DNA of 21,924 nt from an uncultured bacterium (GTDB lineage: Bacteria; RBG-13-61-14; DRUE01), in assembly GCA_964553915.1 (NCBI GenBank), contig CAZKMM010000028.1, forward strand, positions 1 through 21,924, in the 5' to 3' direction. Below are positions 7,884 through 14,766 of the stretch, piece after piece. The stretch's first letter is position 1, and each line of letters opens with the position of its first letter. The translations under genes were made by a program, and so were the position numbers. The notes below the pieces were generated by a model that had not been told where the DNA came from, searched no databases, and saw nothing but the letters and a program-made list of their open reading frames with translations.

Positions 7884-9311
7884 GTGTTTGACCGATTTCG
7901 GGAGGAATGCGGAGTGGTTGGGGTTTATGGACATCCTGAGGCGAGCAACATCGCCTATCTGGCTTTATATGCCCTTCAACATCGGGGGCAGGAAAGCGCC
8001 GGAATTGTCTCCGGCGATGGCAGGCGGATGTATTCTCACCGGGCAATGGGATTGGTGCAGGAGGTTTTCAATGAAGATATTTTGCAGAGGCTTCCCGGGC
8101 ATCTGGCAATCGGGCATTGTCGCTATTCCACCAGCGGTCATACCCTTTTAAAAAATGCCCAGCCCTTTGCAATGGAGACCCATCGGGAGAGACTGGCAGT
8201 GGCGCATAATGGCAATCTGGTTAATGCCCGGCAGATTCGCCAGGAGCTGGAGGAAAATGGAGCCATCTTTCAGAGCACAATGGACACCGAGGTGATTGCC
8301 CATTTAATGGCAATGGCACGCTCTGATGATTTGCTGGGAAAAATTACCTTTGCCTTAAATCGTATTCAGGGGGCTTATTCTCTGGTCTTTCTTACTGAAA
8401 ATACCCTGGCAGGTGCCAGAGACCCCTGGGGGTTTCGTCCTCTGGTTCTGGGAAGGTTCAAAAATCGGGATGGATACATCATTGCTTCAGAGACCTGTGC
8501 TCTGGACCTGGTAGAAGCCTGCTATCTTCGGGAGATAGAGCCAGGTGAAGTGGTCATCATCAATGATAACGGAATCCATTCCTATAATCCCCTGCCCCCT
8601 CAGCCGAGACGAGCCTGCATTTTTGAGCATATTTATTTTGCCCGACCGGATTCCATTATTTTTGGAGAATCAGTTTATGAGACCAGGCTGAGAATTGGGG
8701 AGCAACTTGCCCGGGAGCAACCTGCAGAGGCAGATATTGTGGTGCCGGTGCCGGATTCCGGTCGGATTGCTGGCTATGGTTATGCCCGCCAGAGCGGTTT
8801 GACCCTGGAAGAAGGGCTGATCAGAAATCATTATGTAGGCAGAACCTTTATAGAACCGACTCATTCCATCCGACACTTTGGAGTGAAAATCAAGCTCAAT
8901 GCGGTGCGAAAGGTTCTGGAAGGGAAAAGGGTGGTGGTAGTGGATGACTCCATTGTCCGGGGCACCACCTGTAAAAAAATTATCACAATGATTCGGGAGC
9001 TGGGCGGTGCCAAAGAAGTGCATATGCGGGTGAGTTCTCCGCCCACTGCTTTCAGCTGTTTTTACGGAATAGATACCCCGACCAAAGAGGAGTTAATTTA
9101 TAATGCTCAAAAAGGCTCTATTGAGGCAATTCGCCAATTTATTACCGCAGATACCCTGGGCTATCTTTCTCTGGAAGGACTCCACAAAGCGGTTAATGGA
9201 GAAAGAGGCGGATACTGTGATGCCTGCTTCAGCGGAGCTTATCCCGTGCCCTTCCCGGAAACCGCCCGAGAGAAACAAATGGAGCTTTTCCTGTTAGAAG
9301 TGGAAAAATAA
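7884..9311 (+). CDS. purF: Amidophosphoribosyltransferase (glutamine-PRPP amidotransferase), B. subtilis type with propeptide and Fe-S cluster
   Basis: GTG start preceded by GGGAGGAG. A short propeptide (MFDRFREE) precedes the catalytic Cys of the Ntn glutaminase domain (CGVVGVYG). The PRTase motif is VVVVDDSIVRGTT. The C-terminal Cys ligands (CFYGIDTP...CDACFSGAYP) are typical of the 4Fe-4S PurF type. Confidence 0.93.
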   Translation: MFDRFREECGVVGVYGHPEASNIAYLALYALQHRGQESAGIVSGDGRRMYSHRAMGLVQEVFNEDILQRLPGHLAIGHCRYSTSGHTLLKNAQPFAMETHRERLAVAHNGNLVNARQIRQELEENGAIFQSTMDTEVIAHLMAMARSDDLLGKITFALNRIQGAYSLVFLTENTLAGARDPWGFRPLVLGRFKNRDGYIIASETCALDLVEACYLREIEPGEVVIINDNGIHSYNPLPPQPRRACIFEHIYFARPDSIIFGESVYETRLRIGEQLAREQPAEADIVVPVPDSGRIAGYGYARQSGLTLEEGLIRNHYVGRTFIEPTHSIRHFGVKIKLNAVRKVLEGKRVVVVDDSIVRGTTCKKIITMIRELGGAKEVHMRVSSPPTAFSCFYGIDTPTKEELIYNAQKGSIEAIRQFITADTLGYLSLEGLHKAVNGERGGYCDACFSGAYPVPFPETAREKQMELFLLEVEK

Positions 9312-9517
9312 ATTATTCCAATCTGTTCAAATTTTTGACTTTTTGATTCTCAGCTTGCTCTCCGAATTTTCTCTTTTCTCTCTCTTAAAAATCACCCGCC
9401 AGATAACCCCCTAAAAATAAAGAAAAAATTTAATTCAGTAATTTTCTTTAAATTTTAATTCTCGGCATAAGTTTTGCCTTTTCTTATATGAATTTGGAAT
9501 TCTCAGGAGGGGGCAAA

Positions 9518-10123
9518 ATGACATATTCAGAAAAGAATTTAATTCCGCTTTTAAAGTCCAGAGACGAGCGGGCATTCAACTGGGTTTATGAGCGTTATTA
9601 TCCAAAGATGTTCCGACTGGCAATGAAATATTTAAAAGATGAGACCGAGGCGCAGGATGTGGTGCAGGATGTATTCATCACCCTTTATGAAAGGATAAAT
9701 GATTTCCGCCAGGAGTCCACTCTGGACACCTGGCTTTACCGGGTTTGCGTTAATGCCTGTCTGATGAGAATGCGGAAGAAAAAGAGAGAGGAGTATCTGG
9801 AGCTGGAGGAAGAGATTCTTTCCAGCCAAAAATTTTCTCAGGAAAAATTCCCGGAGGACTGGAGCGGAATATTTTTGAACACTCTCTCTCCTCTGGAGAA
9901 GGTATTTTATCAGGAGCTTCTGGAGGAGCTATTTCAGGCAGGCAAGGAAATGGGAGAGGCACGCTGGCAGGCATTCTGGCTGAGAAATTTTTATGGATAC
10001 AGTGAAAAAGAGTTAACCGAAAAACTGGGGGTGAGCCTGAGCGCACTCAAAAGTCGGCTCCATCGTTCCCGGAGATTTATGCGTCGGAAATACCAGGAGT
10101 GGAAGCAGGAGGGAATTATCTAA
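9518..10123 (+). CDS. ECF-type (sigma-70 family, group 4) RNA polymerase sigma factor
   Basis: Region 2 (VQDVFITLYERINDFRQESTLDTWLYRVCVNACLMRMRKKKR) and region 4 helix-turn-helix (YSEKELTEKLGVSLSALKSRLHRSRRFMRRK) are both present. I prefer ATG 9518 (M-TYSEK), 5 nt after the strong RBS AGGAGGGGG, over the ORF-track start at 9488. The 3' end overlaps nagB convergently by 8 nt. Confidence 0.8.
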   Translation: MTYSEKNLIPLLKSRDERAFNWVYERYYPKMFRLAMKYLKDETEAQDVVQDVFITLYERINDFRQESTLDTWLYRVCVNACLMRMRKKKREEYLELEEEILSSQKFSQEKFPEDWSGIFLNTLSPLEKVFYQELLEELFQAGKEMGEARWQAFWLRNFYGYSEKELTEKLGVSLSALKSRLHRSRRFMRRKYQEWKQEGII

Positions 10124-10871
10124 TCATCCCGGGAATAAGCTCAACTAACCTCTGCCCGGCAGAATAATCCGCGATCACCACCACCTGACGGTGAAGTAAA
10201 ATTGCAGAGCCGGGAATTTCCGGACAGGTGGGACCAATTAAAGTTCTAAACAGAGCACTACTTTTCATCTCTTCGGTTGCCAGAAGAAGCAAAGCTTTTG
10301 CAGAAAGGATGGTTTTTATTCCCATAGTCAGGGCTTTTTCCGGCACCTCTTTAAGCTGGATAAGGTCTTTGAGGTTGGCTTCCCTGGTATCCTCGGTTAA
10401 ATTCACCAGTCGGGTTCTGCTGGCAAAATCCGAGCCCGGCTCATTAAAACCAATATGCCCATTCCTTCCCAAACCGAGAAGCTGAAGGTCAATTCCGCCT
10501 GCCTTTTTGATTTTCTCCTCATATTCCCGGCATTCTTTTTCCGGGTTCGGGGCAATTCCATTTAATAAATTTCTGTCTTTAGGTGGGGATTTGAGCCGGG
10601 CAAAAAAATTTCTCTGCATATAAGCATAAAAGCTATCCGGATGCTCGGGCGCCAGCCCATAATATTCATCAAGGTTAAAGGTGGTGCAGGAGCTGAAATC
10701 CACTTTCCCTTCCTGCTCCCACTGGCAGAGCTTTTTATATACCCCGACCATTGTAAGACCGGTTGCCAAGCCCAGAACCGAGTTCGGCTTTCTCTTTACC
10801 TGATAATATATCACCCGGGCACAGGCTTCCTCTGCCTGCCCAGGAGAAGGATAAAGATAAACCGTCAGCAT
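10116..10871 (-). CDS. nagB: Glucosamine-6-phosphate deaminase
   Basis: Full-length similarity to NagB (LGLATGLTMVGVYKKL..., TTFNLDEYYGLAPEHPDSFYAYM, NLLNGIAPNPEKECREYEEKI, LLGLGRNGHIGFNEPGSDFASRTRLVNLTEDTREAN). The start codon abuts the nagA stop with 0 nt between them. Confidence 0.92.
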   Translation of the reverse strand: MLTVYLYPSPGQAEEACARVIYYQVKRKPNSVLGLATGLTMVGVYKKLCQWEQEGKVDFSSCTTFNLDEYYGLAPEHPDSFYAYMQRNFFARLKSPPKDRNLLNGIAPNPEKECREYEEKIKKAGGIDLQLLGLGRNGHIGFNEPGSDFASRTRLVNLTEDTREANLKDLIQLKEVPEKALTMGIKTILSAKALLLLATEEMKSSALFRTLIGPTCPEIPGSAILLHRQVVVIADYSAGQRLVELIPGMIR

Positions 10872-11987
10872 TTAGCCCTCCCAGAGCTCACCCTCAATCA
10901 AAACCGCATATACCTGCCAGTCCTCATCTACTAAAAGCAAATTTGCCCTGGCTCCTGCCCTGAGCTCTCCCCACCCCTCCAAGCCTAAAATTCCTGCCGG
11001 GTTCAAACTTGCACACCTCACCGCTTCAAAAAGCCGGGCGGTAGTGAAATTCTGAAAATTCTTAACCGCGTTCAAAAGCCGAAGCCTGCTTCCTGCCAGC
11101 CTGCCGTCCTCCAGCCGGGGCGGTTCCTCTCCGCCCTGCTCTTCATCTCCTACAAAATCAGTAATCAGAACGATTTTATCCAGTGGAGAAACTTTCCAGA
11201 CCAGCTTGACCACTGCCGGATGAAGATGATAGCCATCAACGATTATCTCCTTGCTGAATTTCGGATTCAAAAGCCCGCTTAAAGCCAGCCCGGGCTGGCG
11301 GTGATGAATTCCGCTCATCGCATTAAACAGGTGGGTAATATGGTTTGCTCCCAGCTCGCAAAACTCCTCTGCCAGCTCATAACTTGCCCGGCTATGTCCA
11401 AGCGACGGAAGAATCTGGTTCTGCCTGAGCTGTGCCACCAGCTCTTTAGCATATTTCTGCTCCGGAGCAATGGTGATAATCTTAATCAAGCCTTTTCCTG
11501 CAGAGAGGATTTTTTCCAGCTGACCAGAGCCAGGCTGATATTCAAATATCCCTTGCTCGGGCTGAGCCCCTCTTGCCTCAGGACTTATAAAAGGTCCTTC
11601 CAGATATGCTCCGAGTAATTTGGCTCCTGCTGAGCTGGTTTTTTCCTCTGCCTCTTTTAAAGCTAAAAGGCACTGGGCAAGTCTTTCTGGCTCCATTGCC
11701 GGAAAGGTAGCTAAAAAACCCAGAACCCCTCTCCGGGCAAGGGCAGGCTTAATTCTTTTTAGATATTCTTCTATCCGCTCTGGAGCAGGGAGGATAAAAA
11801 GACCGTGATAATGAAGGTCAATCAAGCCGGGCGAAAGATACCTCCCCCCGGCATCAAGCTCTTTTTCTGCTTTTTTGCTGAGATGCTCAAATTCCAGAGC
11901 AGTAATTTTGCCCTGAGAAATCAAAATTGAGCCCGGCTTTATGGCATCTTTTAAAACCAGCCGGGCATTTTTTATCAACAGGCTCAT
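10872..11987 (-). CDS. nagA: N-acetylglucosamine-6-phosphate deacetylase
   Basis: Amidohydrolase fold with NagA-like motifs (PGLIDLHYHG, YLEGPFISPEARGAQP, HITHLFNAMSGIHHRQPGL, ITDFVGD). Its ATG overlaps the upstream ROK gene stop in an ATGA arrangement. Confidence 0.9.
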   Translation of the reverse strand: MSLLIKNARLVLKDAIKPGSILISQGKITALEFEHLSKKAEKELDAGGRYLSPGLIDLHYHGLFILPAPERIEEYLKRIKPALARRGVLGFLATFPAMEPERLAQCLLALKEAEEKTSSAGAKLLGAYLEGPFISPEARGAQPEQGIFEYQPGSGQLEKILSAGKGLIKIITIAPEQKYAKELVAQLRQNQILPSLGHSRASYELAEEFCELGANHITHLFNAMSGIHHRQPGLALSGLLNPKFSKEIIVDGYHLHPAVVKLVWKVSPLDKIVLITDFVGDEEQGGEEPPRLEDGRLAGSRLRLLNAVKNFQNFTTARLFEAVRCASLNPAGILGLEGWGELRAGARANLLLVDEDWQVYAVLIEGELWEG

Positions 11988-12943
11988 TTTATTTTTTTCT
12001 CTTGAAGGAATACCGCCACCGGACCGAGAATTGCCTGATTCTTGGAAAACTGGCTGAGACGAAATTCAGGCAGAGAAGGAAGCGGGAAATAATAATGCCG
12101 GGTCCAGCGAACCACTAAATTTAAAATCTCTGGCTCATTCCGGCAAACCTCTCCAGCTAAAACCACCATTTCCGGGTCCAGCACCTTCATTACATTGGCA
12201 ATCAGGGCTCCGAGATGCCTGCCGAATTCTTCAATTAACCTCTCCGCATAAATATCTTTCTCTTTCCAGGCTTGAAAAACCTCTTGAGCGGTAATCTTTT
12301 CTCGCTCGCCGTTCACCAATTTTAGAGCCAGAGAATCTCCAGGAAGCTCCTTTCTTGCCTGCTCTGCCAGCCCCTCGCCCGAAGCCCACTGCCGGGCACA
12401 GCCGAACCCTCCGCAAACGCACCGCTCGCCTTCTAAATCTAAAGTTAAGTGTCCGAATTCACTGGCAATGTAATGGGCGCCCCGGTAAAGCCTGCCATCA
12501 ATCACAATCCCTCCGCCTAAATCAGTGCCCAGAGCAAAAACAATAAAATTCTTCTGAGCTTTTGCCACTCCGAAAAGCATCTCCCCCATTGCCAGAGCAT
12601 TAACATCATTTTCCACCACTGTGGGGAGATGAAACTTTTGAGAAAAAAGCTCACCCAGCCGGGCACCGAACAGCTCCGGAATGTTCCCGGCAACAATTAC
12701 TATCCCTTTGTCTGAATCAACAATCCCGGGGGAGCCAATGCCAATCCCCAACAGCTCAGCTCCCTGCTTATCTGCCTGATTGATAATATACTCGCTCTCC
12801 TCCAGCAAACCCTCTATCAATCCCCTTTCTTTTTGCCGGGTTTCTATCAGACAGGAAGAAGCAATTTCTCCCTCCGGGCTGACCAGACCAAGCGAGCAAT
12901 GAGTGGCTCCAATATCTATTCCCAGAACCCATTTCCTGCTCAT
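11984..12943 (-). CDS. ROK-family sugar kinase (probable N-acetylglucosamine/glucose kinase)
   Basis: ROK hallmarks: N-terminal ATP-binding VLGIDIGATHCSLGLV, and the zinc motif GHLTLDLEGERCVCGGFGCARQWASGEG (CxCGxxGC). There is no N-terminal helix-turn-helix, so this is a kinase rather than a repressor. I prefer ATG 12941-12943 (MSRKWVLGIDIG), which leaves a 77-nt divergent intergenic region. The ORF-track start at 12982 would add 13 non-conserved residues. Confidence 0.8.
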   Translation of the reverse strand: MSRKWVLGIDIGATHCSLGLVSPEGEIASSCLIETRQKERGLIEGLLEESEYIINQADKQGAELLGIGIGSPGIVDSDKGIVIVAGNIPELFGARLGELFSQKFHLPTVVENDVNALAMGEMLFGVAKAQKNFIVFALGTDLGGGIVIDGRLYRGAHYIASEFGHLTLDLEGERCVCGGFGCARQWASGEGLAEQARKELPGDSLALKLVNGEREKITAQEVFQAWKEKDIYAERLIEEFGRHLGALIANVMKVLDPEMVVLAGEVCRNEPEILNLVVRWTRHYYFPLPSLPEFRLSQFSKNQAILGPVAVFLQEKKIK

Positions 12944-13020
12944 TTCTGCGATAAACTTAACACAAATCAAATCACCTAACAACTTGCCTATACTGATTAT
13001 TCCCGCTAGAATTCCAGGGA

Positions 13021-13911
13021 ATGCTGGGAAAAATTTTTTTAAGCCTCTGGGTAATTTCTTGGCTCCGGCTCAGCTCCGCTGGGCTGGAGGTTTATTATTC
13101 TCCGGGGCAGGAAAGACTTGCCCGGATGATTAATCAAGAAATGAGCGGATTAATCTCAGTTTTAGAAAAGGAGCTAAACCTTAAAATCCCCCCTCCCCTG
13201 AAAGTGATTATTGCTCAAAGCCCGGAGCAATTTCAGGCAATCCAGACTGGAAAGGTCCCAGAATGGGCAGTTGCCACTGCTAATCCGGAGCAGGGGGTGA
13301 TTTATTTAAAGCCCTATCCGGGGGGAGGTTATTCGGAGCTGATTCATATCTGCAAGCATGAGCTGGTTCATATTTATCTTTACCAAAAGCTTTTGGGGCA
13401 TCGGGCACCTCGCTGGTTTGAGGAAGGAATGGCAGAGATGTTCAGTGCGGGATTTTCTCTGGAGCGAATCTGGGCACTGGCAGGAGCCGGGCTGGGCAGA
13501 GAATTTATCCCTTTTTCTGAGCTGGAGAGGAATTTTCCAGCTTCACCTTCCCGGGCAAGGCTGGCTTATTATCAAAGCGAGGATTTTGTGGGATTTTTGT
13601 CAGAGCTTTTAGGCACTGATGGGTTTCAATCTCTGCTGGAGCGATTAAGCCGGGGGGAGGATTTTTATCAGGCGCTTTTTTCTCTTACTGGAAAGGATTT
13701 TTTTCAGCTGGAAAAGAGCTGGCAAAAAAGAGTAAAATATCGCTATGGATTTGTTCTGATTTTTTCTGGCTCGGGCTCGCTCTGGTTTCTGGTCAGCCTG
13801 CTTTTTATTCTTGCTTATCTTAAGAAACGGCGTCAGGCAGAGCTGAAAAAACAGCTCCTGGAATTAGAAGATAAATTTTATAAAATTCAGGAGGGGAAAA
13901 GATGGGATTAA
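13021..13911 (+). CDS. Putative secreted/membrane-anchored zinc metallopeptidase (MA clan, peptidase_MA_2-like)
   Basis: N-terminal signal peptide. HExxH (CKHELVHIYL) followed about 20 aa later by EEGMAEMF, a candidate third zinc-ligand Glu. There is a C-terminal hydrophobic helix (FVLIFSGSGSLWFLVSLLFILAYL) then a basic tail. It overlaps the next gene by 10 nt. Confidence 0.5.
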   Translation: MLGKIFLSLWVISWLRLSSAGLEVYYSPGQERLARMINQEMSGLISVLEKELNLKIPPPLKVIIAQSPEQFQAIQTGKVPEWAVATANPEQGVIYLKPYPGGGYSELIHICKHELVHIYLYQKLLGHRAPRWFEEGMAEMFSAGFSLERIWALAGAGLGREFIPFSELERNFPASPSRARLAYYQSEDFVGFLSELLGTDGFQSLLERLSRGEDFYQALFSLTGKDFFQLEKSWQKRVKYRYGFVLIFSGSGSLWFLVSLLFILAYLKKRRQAELKKQLLELEDKFYKIQEGKRWD

Positions 13912-14693
13912 AACCGCTTTATGACCCGGCTCTGGGGACAATGCGGGTGGTGGGATTGATGAGCGGTTCAGGAACCAATCTCCGAAAGATTCTGGAGCAT
14001 CAGGAGAGGCTCCGAGAAAAAGAAGGAAGATACATCTATCAGATGGTAGCAATCTTTTCCGATAATGCGGAGAGCCGGGCAAGAGAGATTGGAAAGGATT
14101 ATGACCTTCCAGTAATTATTCATGACCTTAAGGCTTTTTATCAGAAGCGTTCCGCACCCCGCACGGATTTAAAGCTCCGGGAAGAATTTGACCGGCTCAC
14201 CGTAAAAATGCTCAGCGTGTTTGAAGCCCCGGTAGCGGTTTACGGCGGATATATGAGCCTTGCCACCAAGCCCTTGATTGATGCTTTCATCGGGGTAAAT
14301 GTTCATCCGGCAGACCTTTCCGTGGAAGAGAATGGAAAAAGAAAATGGACCGGTGCTTATGCGGTTCTGGACCAGATTAAAGCTGGAGAAAAATTCCTTT
14401 GCTCCACCACCCATCTGATTGAACCAGAATGTGATATGGGAAGAATATTTATGATTTCCGAGCCGATGCCTGTGGAAATCCCGCCAGAAGCAGATTTATC
14501 TGACCCAAAGCAACTCCAAAAAATCGCAGATTACAATCAGGAGAGGCTCAAAGAAAAAGGCGACTGGGTGATTTTTCCCAGGACCATTGAAGAGATTGCC
14601 CGGGGACATTTTCAGGTGGATGAGCAGGGAAACTTTTACTATAAAGGAAAACCCATTCCCAGAGGAATTCGGCTGGAGGAACTGGAAGGCTAG
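13902..14693 (+). CDS. Formyltransferase-family protein, divergent PurN-like (phosphoribosylglycinamide formyltransferase candidate)
   Basis: Three PurN-like motifs: N-terminal VVGLMSGSGTNLRKIL (PurN VVLISGNGSNLQAI), the active-site NVHPADL (PurN NIHPSLLP, Asn/His conserved), and a downstream Asp in HLIEPECDMGRI (PurN VTDELDGGP). It is about 60 aa longer than canonical PurN, with an insertion (SVEENGKRKWTG) and a C-terminal extension. Confidence 0.55.
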   Translation: MGLKPLYDPALGTMRVVGLMSGSGTNLRKILEHQERLREKEGRYIYQMVAIFSDNAESRAREIGKDYDLPVIIHDLKAFYQKRSAPRTDLKLREEFDRLTVKMLSVFEAPVAVYGGYMSLATKPLIDAFIGVNVHPADLSVEENGKRKWTGAYAVLDQIKAGEKFLCSTTHLIEPECDMGRIFMISEPMPVEIPPEADLSDPKQLQKIADYNQERLKEKGDWVIFPRTIEEIARGHFQVDEQGNFYYKGKPIPRGIRLEELEG

Positions 14694-14745
14694 TATTTGT
14701 TTTACCTCTCTGCCTTGGGAAATAAGAAGCCGGAATTTTGCTTGA

Positions 14746-14766
14746 TTTGCCCGGGCAAAAATTTTA
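14746..14766 (+). terminator. Weak candidate intrinsic terminator after the formyltransferase-like gene
   Basis: Palindrome TTTGCCCGGGCAAA followed by AATTTTAAT. The stem is short and the U-tract is interrupted. It lies in the 70-nt convergent gap. Confidence 0.25.

Noticed and set aside
9488-9517. Upstream ATG start for the ECF sigma factor (MNLEFSGGGK...)
   Set aside because: The strong RBS AGGAGGGGG lies inside this extension, 5 nt before ATG 9518. The extension would translate the Shine-Dalgarno sequence itself as GGG.
12944-12982. Longer start for the ROK kinase (MLGDLICVKFIAE-)
   Set aside because: The extra 13 residues precede the conserved ROK N-terminus and would leave no room for the divergent promoter region. 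ATG 12941-12943 fits the family alignment. This is still unverified.
12984-13012. TTGCCT-N17-TAGAAT promoter-like element upstream of the peptidase gene
   Set aside because: The -10 element ends only 8 nt before the annotated ATG. That would imply a leaderless transcript or a mis-called start. I kept it as a note only.
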